A DNA stretch of 59,100 bases, filler included, from Bipalium vagum (Eukaryota): the NCBI GenBank assembly GCA_037834085.1. It is 3 parts of 3 records of this genome, joined end to end, with 100 filler letters (N's around TTAATTAATTAA, not from the genome) between each part and the next. Parts side by side here need not be neighbours in the genome. Positions count along the whole stretch, not along the records: positions 1 to 19,856 come from JBBMKC010266184.1; positions 19,957 to 41,408 come from JBBMKC010237347.1; 1 more part is not named here. One strand, given 5' to 3'. This document shows positions 13,140 through 24,979 of this stretch, one piece after another (the stretch's first letter is position 1; each line of letters begins with the position of its first letter). The notes below the pieces were generated by a model. It was not told the origin of the DNA and did not search any database. It worked only from the letters and a program-made list of their open reading frames with translations. The position numbers were made by a program, and so were the translations under genes.

Positions 13140-13900
13140 AATAGAAAATAAATCTGCTGAATAATGTAGTCAAGTTATTTTTTTCACTTCTGATTCTTGC
13201 AAAAAAATTGCTGTTATACTGTCGATACGCGTCTTGCAATACGCTGTTGAAAATCACTATATGAAAGTGCAATCATTAATGAAAGCAGTACGTGTCTCAG
13301 AACTCTGGAGATGCTTTGAAGATCATTCATATTACCTCTTATAATATAGAATCTAAGACAAAATTCATCCCATAATTCCATGTATTACGTTCTTGTAACT
13401 TTATAACATCAAGTCAACATCTTGAGGTTCGCTATGTCTAACCCCGAAGCGTCTATCACTTTGGTATAAACAGAATCTTGATTCATCACTAAAGATGATG
13501 TGATTCCATTTGCTATTCCAATGTTGTCCTTCTTATAATATAAGTCTTACGAATTTATGATGTGATGTCAATAGTAAAAATCGGTTTAGATGTGCAGACC
13601 AATAACATTTATTCTTCGATGTTTAGTGCATTAGGAACAACTTTTTTTCTGTAGTTCATTATTGAATTTGTTTCTGGCATAAATCTGTTTCTAAGGTATC
13701 TTTACTTTCGCTGATGTTTCGATTTTGTTCACGACCACTGTGATAATGCAGGAAGACTTCTTCCAATTAATTAATTCATGTAGAATGATTTTTTCTCAAA
13801 CACCTGGCGATTTTTCAGAAACTAACTCCACCTCCATGAAGTCATACTATTCGATCTCTTTCAAAATGTAATAATTAGATAAAATTTTTTTCCAGTCATA
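13140..13900 (-). mobile_element. Tc1 (DD34E-like) transposase relic
   Basis: WNHIIFSDESRFCLYQSDRR and VIFNSVL/FQQ..AR motifs. Confidence 0.75.
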
Positions 13901-14714
13901 TTGGTAAGTGTAATATAATATACTTCTTATCATTAATAAATTATTTACTTATCTATTTAAATCATGCACATACAAAATGTTAATATCTGATGAAATTAGA
14001 TTGATTAAACAATAAGTGCAATAATTTCGATGCAAATCAATAAAATAATAGCTGATGATCTTTTATTGAAAATGAGTATTTTTTGGTTTTTTGGTATCTA
14101 TTTTAAGAACAGATAATATAATATTCAAGGAAATATTTCTGAAAGTGAAGAAAACCTAAGATAAACATATAAGACTCAATCAATTTTACCATGTCATCTG
14201 CAAGTGCTCTTCCTGTATAAATAAATTTCTAAAATTCCAATACGAATATTATTTACTGAAATGAGATATCTGACAGATATAGAATCAGCTGTCAATAATC
14301 TACAATAAATCTGATAACGAGAGCTTTCCTTTTTAAAAAGTACCATTTATTTTCAAGATTTCAGTCATTTTGTAAAAGCTTTACAAATTTATCCATAAAA
14401 TATTTCTCCCTATATTATTCTTCATATTACTAAAGAATTATACTTTTGCATTATCTTCTGTCTAGCGAATGAAAGCTAGCTGAAAGAACGTAGAACGAAG
14501 TTATAAATGAAGATTAGTTTGTTTGAATTTATTAATAAAAAGTTAAAATGAGAAAAATGTCAATCTTCATTTTAGGTATTGTAACATTTTAAAAGTTTAC
14601 AATCACCCAAGACAAAACATTTTAATCCAATACAGGTTTATTTGTAACGATTTTTAAAGTGAATTTCCATTAATAAAAATTGATTAAAATAATGTAAAAC
14701 TGTTAGTAAATATA

Positions 14715-15283
14715 CCGGTTGTATCAAAGTTGAGGAAAAAAAGTAAATGAGGAATAAAATTGAAAAAATATTATTAATTAAACATAGTTATATATATTAA
14801 TTAAATAAAATGTAAAAAATATGGGAAACAGTAGTTATCCTATATTGTGTTCTCAAAATGATCTCCTTTAACAGATAACATTTTTCTTGTGAAGGATTGT
14901 AGTTTTCAGGTCTTCGGTAATAAAACGGAAACATTCTTCGTTTTTTTCCCATTTCAAGTAAATTTTTCTGGTTTTGGTAATGGAAAACCCTTGCTTTAAT
15001 AGTACCCAAAAACCAGTAATAAAATGATGTAAGGTCGATGAACAAGAGGGCCAATTTTGGTAATATCTCCTGGATGTGATGGCATGAAGAGGGGTGCTAT
15101 ATTTTGTATGAAGTAAGTTGACTTTATAATTATGCTTTTTTAATTATTTATCTTTGGCAAAATATTTATTTAGTTATTTATTTAAACAAAACCTACTTTT
15201 ATGTAGTTTCTAAAAATAAGTAAAATATTTTTTTCATACAAAATTGAGAGACAAGTTAATTTCCTCGGTTATGATACAACTGG
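14715..15283 (-). mobile_element. Deleted DD41D/maT-like element with TIRs
   Basis: TA-ccggttgtatcaaagttgaggaa ... ttcctcggttatgatacaactgg-TA; NWPSCS/DLTSFYYWFLGTIKARVF (WPPRSPDL..D.F.WG..K..V). Confidence 0.75.
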
Positions 15284-15779
15284 TATATATTAATATAATT
15301 GTCGAACTTTGTTATAATTATTGCCCCATTGGGATTTTTTATAAATAATTTTTGGTACTTATTTTTCTTGAAGATATGGATTTTTTGACATCTTATTTAA
15401 TATATAATTTATTAAATAATAATATTTTGAAAAACAAAAATTCAAAATTTTTAAAAATTTAATTTTTGTAAATATTAATATTTATTTAGTTATTTCTATT
15501 CTTATCTGTTATTTACCGGAAATTATAATTAGCTTTTTGGTGAATATTTTATAAAGATGTTTCTGAAAAAGTAAAGAATTTGTAAAAAATCTGTTTAATA
15601 ATTTAATTATTTAACCACTCTACCAAACCATCAGAAGTAAACAGTTTGATAATTTGAATAAGTTTATTGGTATAAAGAATAAATAAACTTTCAGGTGTTA
15701 TCCTGTATTCAAAAGACTTTGTTATATTACGTACAAGTCAAGAGACGATATATATGGTTTCGATTAATTTACTTAGAAT

Positions 15780-16660
15780 TAATTCATTTAATTTCTGTTG
15801 TACAAAAAAGGAAGGTCATTGAAAATGGATATATGGCTATTGTGATCAAACTATTTATCATAACCGCACAATCGATTTCTTAGGAAACATTTCCTTAAGT
15901 AGCTAGCAGCTAAACATCAAACTATATAAATAGAAACGGAATTGTTTTCTATATAAGCACCTCCTACGTCCAGGTACTTGGTCAATTGATTTACTAATGA
16001 ACAGAACAGATTCATTTTATAAATCATTTTCATTGAAAAAATCTTACTATAATCTTATTAGATCCTCTGCACTATTCTTTTCAATGCTCATAATAGTTCT
16101 TTCTAGTAATTAAACAAGAATAAATCACTGTGAGTCTAGTGACTTCTATATAGTGAAATTTAAACCATTATGAAGCCTTTTTTAGCGATAATATAGGTTG
16201 GTGAACTGAAGAGTTTTCATGCAATAATATTCTTCAAATTCTGTTCAACTGAATAGAGATCAGTTTTCTTATACGGTTTTCTCGCATATCTGGTGTAAAA
16301 AACGTGGGACGAATTTTCTGATTCTAATGGTCTCCAGCATGTTCTACAGTCTTGTTAAAATTAACTGTATTATACAGGTCTTTTTGGGTTATCCGGCTAT
16401 CTTCTTTAACAATAAATTTTAATTAATCAATTTTCTCCTCGTTAAATTCATAGTTTCGTTTACTTTTTCACCAAAAACATTGTTCTTTTCAGAAAACTCT
16501 GATTTAATTTTAAATAGTACCATTATATGGAGGTTCATTTCATATGCTTCTTACAGTTAACAAATAATACCTTTCTTTCCTGTTCTCTTCAGAATCACAA
16601 ATGAATAATGCTGTGGACTTAAACTTGGTGGTACATTTTAACTAGACAGTTTAGCTGAAA
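15780..16660 (-). mobile_element. Possible gypsy pol (RNaseH-integrase) relic
   Basis: Degenerate EKNSAEDLIR (G.KN..AD.LSR) and downstream PF..DLP-like segments; many stops. Confidence 0.35.
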
Positions 16661-17142
16661 TAAAGTCATTAATTGACAAAATTAATTAATTGACATTATA
16701 CTCACTTTTATGATCTCAGACATATTTTTTTAATTATAGCGCGTGAAAAGTAGTATATAAACAAATGTATATCAATATTAAAATTATTTATAATGATAAA
16801 TGGGATTATCATTTATAAAATTGTCATTTTCAACTTGTGCACCTAATATCTAAAAGAAATTCAATATTTGTTTATATATGATTGTGTTATATAGAAAATT
16901 TCGTGGAACTCTTAATTTTATTTCTGTACGAGTCTAAGGACTTTTATCCCATCACGTAAATAAATAAAATATTGTAAGTAATTAAGCATTTTAAATGTAC
17001 GGCATAAAGTCATTATTTCAGCAAAAATAGACTTAATTTATAAAAAATTCTGTATATTTTAATTAATTTTTTTTAATAAAAAAAATGGATTAATTATTAT
17101 AATAATGTAAGACTAGCCCAATTAATTAAATCTTTTTTAAAG

Positions 17143-17230
17143 AAAACTATCTGGAAAAAGATTCGAACGAAATATGTACTCAGTGCTTGCAACATGGTGG
17201 AGTTTGTTTTGCAAATGATATTAAAAACAT
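17143..17230 (+). CDS. Internal exon (phase 1-2) encoding the start of an EGF-like module; likely same gene as 5768-5899
   Basis: ttttttaaAG|AAAACTAT...AAAAACAT|GTAAGT; NYLEKDSNEICTQCLQHGGVCFANDIKN; phase-compatible with the upstream exon (A+AA=Lys). Confidence 0.78.
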
Positions 17231-17523
17231 GTAAGTTTTTAAATTTCAAAATATTTTTAACCTGCATCAATCGATATATTAATAAATCAATATTTTAAAT
17301 AAGTGTAAAATTAGTTAAAATTGATTTTTAAAGGTTTTATTTGTTACAAATGATTGAAATTAGGAATAATAAAAATATTAAATAAAATTGGTAAATTTCT
17401 AGAAATTTATTATATCAGACGATTTTGTGACTTCATGATATTTATTGCTTAACTATAATTTATTAAAAAAATAATTTTAAGTATTTTATTTATTAATAAA
17501 AAAAATCTACGTTTTATTATATA

Positions 17524-18080
17524 AAGGGTGATTGATAATTAACTCCCTATTGAATTATTGAATTATTTTTTTCAACTTATAAGGTATTTATAACATAAAT
17601 TAAATCGATTATTTTCATATTAAGATTTAAAATTAATATGACCAAGCGTTTATGCAAGATGGTTCTCCTCCACATTTTGCTGTCATTGTTCGTCAATGGC
17701 TGAATAAGCATTTTCCTGGGAGATGGTTAGGTCGTGGTGGTCCTCATGAATGGCCGTCCAGAAGCCCTGATTTAACACCCTGTGATTTTTTCCTTTGGGC
17801 TTGGTTGAAGGAGAAAGTTTATTCCAATAAACCAAAGACTTTAGAAGAACTTGAAGTGCGATTACAAGAAAACCTTTCTGCCATCCCACAAGAGTTCCTA
17901 CAAAGATCAGTCGATTCGATTCCCGAGAGACTTCGGAACTTACAGACGAATGCTGGTTCACATTTTGAATTTTAAATAAAACTACATTTTGTGTTTGTTC
18001 TTATATTCGTTTTTCGTAAAAATAATATTCAGAAAAAAAATAAGACTTTTACAATAGGGAATTATTTATCAATCACCCTG
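17524..18080 (+). mobile_element. Internally deleted DD41D (rosa/Visitor-type) Tc1/mariner element
   Basis: TIRs agggtgattgataattaactccctattg / caatagggaattatttatcaatcaccctg flanked by TA; ORF 17652-17975 has QDG-x41-D spacing (WPSRSPDLTPCDFFLW). Confidence 0.92.
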
Positions 18081-19856
18081 TATGTATAAATTTATAAAAA
18101 AGTTTTTATTTATAATTGATATTTATTACATTTATAAACAAATGCATATTCAACAGATATAAGAAAGTGACTTCTATTTTTTTAATATTTAAATTAACTT
18201 TACCAAGCTCTTCATATCGTAAATTATTATAGATTTACTTTCACAGGAATTTCATAATTTATGATAATTATTCATACAAATTTAATTTTAATAATTAAAC
18301 CTGAAGAATATTATTTATATGGTAGATTAATTTTTAATTTAATTATATTTAATATCAACTTAAAAAATGCATTTTCAATATTTTTCGATTTTTATATTTT
18401 TTTAATAATGTGTTTAGATTTTTGAGTAATATTCAAGCTTGGAATTGTTTTTGAATTTGAGTTGAAAAATGTAATTTCTAAAATATTTTTTATTGTCATA
18501 AATAATTAAAAAAGTATTTTTTAGTTTTGAGATTTAGAAAATTATATATACGAAGCACTGTCACTGATATATTTCGAGATTGGAATGGAAAATACAAGTT
18601 TACTCAAAGAAACAGGAATCCATCAATCATTGAAAATATTAAATATATCCTTCACTTTGCATGCAAATTTCGTATTATAAAGTGACAAAAATTATGTGAA
18701 TTATAAATAACAAGATTAACAAACCTCTCATAAAGATAATAATTATAAATAATAATTATAATAATAATAATTATAAATAATAATAATTATTATTAATTAA
18801 TTATAAGCCCGACTAAATTATTGGATTTTAATTATTGTTTAATCACTGATCATAAAATCAATTAATATGAAAATATTATAATCATTTATAAGAATAATCA
18901 TTTACAAATGATATAAAATAATTATTAGAATCTAAAAATATTATTATTTCTTTTTTCTCTTGTCTATGCTGATTTTTATAGTGCTTCTAAAATTATTAAA
19001 CGGGGTGTATTAAAATACATGATCGACCACATAAGTCCAATGCATTTTCAAATTTATACTAAAAGAAGATTATTTTTAGTACTTTTGTTTAAACAAGCTA
19101 ACTATATTAATTAAATGTGAATTACTTAATATTACTTATGGGTTTAGAGCATGATCGAAAAACAAGAGTATTGGAATCACTTCGTACCGGAAGAAAGTAA
19201 AAAAAATAACTGAATGGTTTTGGAACAACATGATTAAATTTTAAATAATTAATTCCCTTGAAATATGACCCAACTGAGTTTGCAGAATCCTTTAGGCCTA
19301 TATTACAATCAAATGATGAAGTTCTAAATGCTAAAAATCCAGATATTTTAAAGAAGAAAAGTACAAAATATAGAAAAGATAGGAGCACACTGTGAAAATA
19401 GAGGAATAAATTTAAAATTGGTTTCATGTTTTTAATGTCAAAAATTATTCTCTAATTTTATTGTAATTCAAACTTTATGTTCTTTCATTCACTTTTGACA
19501 CTTAATATGATTGAAAATATGTTATAAATAAAAATAATAAAGTTTTCGCAGAAAATAAATAATATTTTATCTCAACTTATTATATGAATTAAAATAGAAA
19601 ATAATATATTCATCTATTTTCCTTTCCACTAAATATTTAGGCGTTTTTTTAATTTTTAGAATAATTAATAAATATTATTCAGAAAATAAATTTCAAAAGA
19701 AAATAATTTATATTTTGAGAAGAATTTTATAAATTGACTAAGAAAAATTATTTATTACATACAATAATTTCCTTAATACAAGAAATATGCATTTTAATTA
19801 AAAATATAAAAAGGAAAGTTACCGTTAAGGAAGAAGAATTATGTTTAAGTCATATA

Positions 19857-19956
19857 NNNNNNNNNNNNNNNNNNNNNNNNNNNNNNNNNNNNNNNNNNNN
19901 TTAATTAATTAANNNNNNNNNNNNNNNNNNNNNNNNNNNNNNNNNNNNNNNNNNNN
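19857..19956. other. 100-bp scaffolding spacer (44N-TTAATTAATTAA-44N)
   Basis: Six-frame-stop linker embedded in Ns; identical structure at 41409-41508. Confidence 0.95.
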
Positions 19957-20133
19957 ATTGTATTTTATTTTGATGTGGTATAAATACAAGTGTTGCTTTA
20001 CTGATTGTTTTGATTTGCACCACCTAAGATTTTTGGGGTCAGGTTTAAATTTGATACCCTAAATTTTGAACAATAATAATAATAAGTTTTCGATAATAAT
20101 AATTATAATAATAAAAATATATATTTTTCTTTC

Positions 20134-20722
20134 AAAAACAAGGGGGAAATTTTTTCTTGTTAATTATTAATGGAGAAATTCCGCCGTGGGGACTATTTTT
20201 CATGGGATCAGGAGACTATCTCGGTGTGGAGATAGTGAGAAGCTATAGTCGTCTCCGAGTAGGGATTGGTGATCGTAGACCAATTCCTACGCCTATAAAA
20301 GGAGATGGCTATTCCGGTTAAGTCGCCAATAATTCCAGAGGAAAAATTTCAGAGGACGCTGTCAAAAATTTCAGGAGACTCTGTTGGAAGAATTAAGAGG
20401 ACGACCACAGTAAATCTTTTATCAATTTCCAAATTATACAGTCGGATTCTTTATACAATGGGACCCAGCGAGCTAGGGAACCCCTAGGAGACCTGAGAAG
20501 GGCCTAGAGGGTGACTCGAGGACCCCTTGTCGCTCTCTCTTATTTTCATTTTATTTTCAATTTTAGTATTAAATTATTATTATTATTAAATTTAAATTCA
20601 GTATTAGCGTGATTTCAGTTTATCTTTAATAACAGTTCTGTTGTGATCGATTTAACATTTGTAATTCTTGGTACAAATAAAGTTTTATTTAAAATATTTC
20701 GAATTGGTTATTAAGAAGCGGA
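20134..20722 (+). mobile_element. LTR-like segment
   Basis: PPT-like aaaaacaagggggaaa at 20134, GC-richer body, cctataaaagg TATA at ~20292, AATAAA at ~20676, weak PBS-like tggttattaagaagcggat at 20705. Confidence 0.45.
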
Positions 20723-21146
20723 TACTGTATAGTGGAGGGTGTTTTGCATTCAAAAGAGTTGATGGGGATTTCGAACACAACGAGTTACAGATACTAAAAT
20801 GTAGTCACGAGCCGACGAGCACACGTTGCTACATTTTAGTATGATAGTAACATTATAGAGTTTATTTATTAGGTTTTAACATAAGTTTTCTTGATTTTGA
20901 ATAATAGAGTCACTATCCCAACGATTTCACGGACAGATAATGCCACTGGTTACTGGGGTTTTGGATCTCTGAACTTGTCTTTAAAGCTTAAGATCGCTTT
21001 GTTAAATCCTGTTCAAGAGAAAGACCTTTTCAGCTCAGCTTTAAGTTAAGATTTGATTGGGATTAACGTGCTAAAGAATTCTTGCATTTCAGAAAGTTTC
21101 TCAATAATTTTTTAAATAGGATTGTGAGATAAATTGAAAATTAGTC

Positions 21147-21205
21147 GGGGATGTAGCTCAGCGGTCAGAGCAGTGCATGCGCATGTGAAGGTCCCGGGTT
21201 CAAAC
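21147..21205 (+). pseudogene. tRNA-Ala-like pseudogene / SINE head, 3' truncated
   Basis: GGGGATGTAGCTCAGCGGTCAGAGC...CGCATGTGAAGGTCCCGGGTTCAAA; A and B boxes present, no 3' acceptor strand. Confidence 0.8.
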
Positions 21206-21590
21206 ACATATTATACGTGTTAAAATGCCATTGTTACTTCTTATTATGAAAATATATATCACTACAAACATTGTTCGTACTCAAATATAAATAGATTTTT
21301 TATTAAGCATTAGTCTATAATCGATTTTAAACGTTTATAAAGATATACTCATATAACTCTCTTCGTTTATTAATCTTTCTGTGTAATATCCATCGATTAA
21401 AATTTTCAGTTTTCTATGATTTAAAATTTTAATTAAATTAAATTTAAATATCACAGATTTAAGTTGTTTAACTATACTCTTTTTATTTTGTTTTTCAATT
21501 ATTCCTACTTCATCTTACGTCTTTCTTAAACATAACAGGAAGCTTTATACTACTATTAATAATAATTTTATTGTTAGTTGATAGATAATC

Positions 21591-21697
21591 AGAGGTACTG
21601 GGATTCGAACTTACAAAATTTTTTTTAAAAAACAAGTTTTTTCTTCCACGACCTTTTACATGCTCATGGATTACTCTGATCGCTGAGGTACATCCCC
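21591..21697 (-). pseudogene. tRNA-Ala-like pseudogene with ~35-nt AT-rich insertion in the T arm
   Basis: GGGGATGTACCTCAGCGATCAGAG...AGCATGTAAAAGGTCGTGG[insert]GTTCGAATCCCAGTACCTCT. Confidence 0.8.
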
Positions 21698-22249
21698 CGA
21701 CTAATTTTCAATTTATCTCACAACAGTAATAATAATAAAATAAAAATAATATTTTTTATCTTTGATCATCTAATCTTGAAAATTTTAAATGTCTAATTGC
21801 CAAGATTTCGATATGCTTTTATGTCATTGTTATTTCTTATTTTAATAATTAACCATTGATAATTCTTAACATTTTTAGCAATTCACAATTAAATTTCAAT
21901 TTGTTTTACACATTTATTGATTATTGATTATACTAGATTTGTTTTCATAATGATTATTCTTGATTTCTTCTCATATTTATTGAATATTTATCTTCATTGT
22001 TGGTGATACTTGTGATTAAAAGTCAATCTGTTTATTGTTGTACATGTTTATTTTTGGACATTCGTTTGGATTGTGTATTTTGTATTGATAAAATGTATTG
22101 TATTGAACTTTTATGTGATTGTTTTGATTCAATTTTTTCGAACACGTTATTAATATAAATGAAAGAGTCAGTGAAATCACGAGATAAGCGTTTCGAAGTT
22201 TTCAATAGTTGTATAAAAAGTAACAGTATTATAAATATACTATATGAAT

Positions 22250-23500
22250 AATTCTTTGAAGATAGTTGATGAATGTTTGTGATACTAACCCAATAGAATT
22301 TCTATAAGAGAATGAATATTAAATAAAAATTAAACCAAATAAATTTTAGTGATTTGTATAATGATAATATAGAAATCACTCATATTGAGCTAGTGATTAT
22401 GAAAAATATATTGAGAAGTTGAAATTGTCTTTAAAAATTAAAGATATTCAAGGAGTTAGCAAAAAGAATAATATTTCTGGCAACATTTTTGAGCTTGATA
22501 AGTACAAAGAATTTTATATATTCATTTAAAACATTTAAATCCTAAACCAAACAAAGAAGGAAAACAAATAAATTTTTTATTTATATACAGTATATATAAA
22601 GTACAGTATTAAATACATTTTTTATCAAAATATTGTTAAAATCCAGTGTTATGCAGAAATATGAATATTTGTTCAAATATTAACCTTTCTAATTATCTCT
22701 GTTTAAAATGTTAAAATTCATATAGATCTTAATTTTCATTAAGAAAAACTTTCTTAAAATTAAAAGAAAACCCTATACATTTATGCTAAGAATTTAAAAA
22801 AGCAAAAGCAATACTTTCTGATGAAAATTATCACGAACTTAAAAATTATTACCATTTGTAATCTATTCTGATTTTAGAATTTATAATAAAGCAATAGTTA
22901 TTATGAATTAAACAGAAACTAATCCTCTTCTAATTTCAGTAGGAATTTGTTAAATTTTAATATTAAGAATTATATGCATCTACATATATTATTAAAGAAA
23001 ATTCAGTAGATCTTTATAAACCAAAGAAGAGTTCGGAAAAGTACCATGAAACGAAATTAAATATAATTAATGAATTTTTAATTAAATTAGAAAAAATTAA
23101 TAATAAAAAAAATCATTCAATTATAATGCCTGAACAAGATGAAATTCATTTATCTTAATAAAAAGTTTAATCAAGATTTTATAAATTCAAGTCAAGGTGA
23201 ATAAAGTTAGAGATTATAATCATTAAAGGGAAAATATTGTGGAAGTGGTTTTAAAAAATGTAAAATAAATGATAAATCATTAAGAAATTTTTTCATTCAT
23301 CTGAAATTTTCTTAATAGGTATGACTTTCATCTCTTCTTTAAAAACTCATAAGACAAGCTCGAATTCGACAAAGCTTTATGAAAGAAAATGATATAAAAG
23401 AATAATTTCTCATACAGATGGAAATGATATTTCATTTTGTTATGACACTTTTAGAGTATGAGACTCACAAACTAACTACGCTTGGATGTGATCTCAACTG
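22250..23500 (+). mobile_element. Maverick/Polinton protein-primed PolB N-terminal relic
   Basis: SDYEKYIEKLKLSLKIKDIQ..KKNNISGNIFELD; KVRDYNH../GKYCGSG..KC (KVRDHCH.TGKYRGAAH..CN); YDFHLFFK; IISHTDGNDISF; DTFR, in collinear order. Confidence 0.7.
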
Positions 23501-24979
23501 TATTCTAGTTTCGTTAAAGAATTAACCCATTTAAACAAACCTTGAATATTCAACTTTTTATTTAAAAAATTTTTTTTGGTTTCCATATTTTTTTTTAAAA
23601 AATTACACATAATTTCCGTAATTTTTTCAAAACTTTACAGTTTTTTTGCCACAACTAATTGCAACTTATTTTCATATTTTTATTCTAATTTTCATTTCTA
23701 TGATTTTTTTAATTGATATAAATATATATCAGTGATGTAATTTTTTAAAAATAAAATAACTTAAAAATAAGAATTTACCAATTTACCTTAAATTCCATAT
23801 TACTATATAGATAATAGAGATATCAAGTTCAATTATTTTTGAAAATAACAGAATTTACAAATAGTTTCATAAATAAACTCAGAAAAAGGAAATAAGCAAT
23901 CGGAGAGTTGAAATAACTAGCTGACTAAATCTCAATGGATGATGATGAAAAAGTAGGTTTTTATAAATAATAAAATTTAAAGAAAGATAATATAAAAGTA
24001 AATTTTTATAATTTTCAAGAAACTTTTATTCTGAATAACGAAAAAATGTTAAAATTCTGTTCCCATATCCCCATGGTCATTTTTGTTTATCTATTCTAAA
24101 TAGATGATTATGTAACTATTTAAATATTTTAGAAAATTTTTAAAATGTATTAAATTTGGCATAAGTTAGTGACATAAAATTATGATTTTATTGAAAGTAT
24201 AATAAAGGAACAGATTAAAATAAGATTACTAATGAAAATCGACTTTTATATAAATTCTTTTATTTCTTATAATCTCAAAAATTAAAACTTCTCTCTAAGT
24301 TTATTTTCACACTACCATTATCATAAATATGAAATACAGAGTCTAAGTGTACAACGTACATAAAAAGATATTTCATTGTTTTATCATGATTAAAAAATGA
24401 GTAAAAAAAATTTAGATATATTTTATCACAGAAGAGCAAAGCCTGATGAAATTTGACAAAAATATTAAGGTCTTTTTCAATATTGAACGAAATAAAAACC
24501 GATGAAAGTTTATAAATAATCGATATCAACACAATTTTATTGATTTTTTTAAAACTCATTGAAAAATCTGATAAATCGAATCAGATGGAATGAAGCAGTA
24601 TTGGGAAGCTGAGGCAGTTGAACATTTCCGTTTGTTGGTGTCTCTAAAAAAGAATCCACACAGAATACCTGTTGAAAAAATTGATAAGGTATATCGATAC
24701 ACATAATGAAAAAGACCACGAGAAGTGTTTAACAGCGAAACACTAGATCTGCTCAAAGACTGCCGGCATGGATAAATTTGTTTAGGATACAAGAGATTTT
24801 CGTTTTCGAATCATTTTCAGATATTTTTGAATTTTCCAAGTCGTTCAAAAATCGATTAAATTTAGAATCGTAACCACTCATACCAGAAGATCAGAGACTT
24901 TTTAATCAAAGAAGTGTATATGGTACTTGGATTTCCCCATAATGACAATCATCTTTTTTATGGTTCATTTTAAAGATGG

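Noticed and set aside
19130-19420. Coding-like stretch LKYDPTEFAESFRPILQSNDEVLNAKNPDILRRK
   Set aside because: Stops nearby and no recognisable family; probably an unclassified TE relic
19901-19912. TTAATTAATTAA palindrome as a biological site (also 41453-41464)
   Set aside because: Centred in N runs with identical spacing; a synthetic six-frame-stop linker
21124-21146. TGAGATAAATTGAAAATTAG resembling bantam miRNA
   Set aside because: Seed mismatch (GAGATA versus GAGATC) and no local hairpin
21147-21697. Functional tRNA-Ala genes
   Set aside because: First copy lacks the 3' acceptor strand; second has broken stems and an insertion
24430-24900. Coding-like GC-richer stretch
   Set aside because: Stops in all frames and no motif recognised
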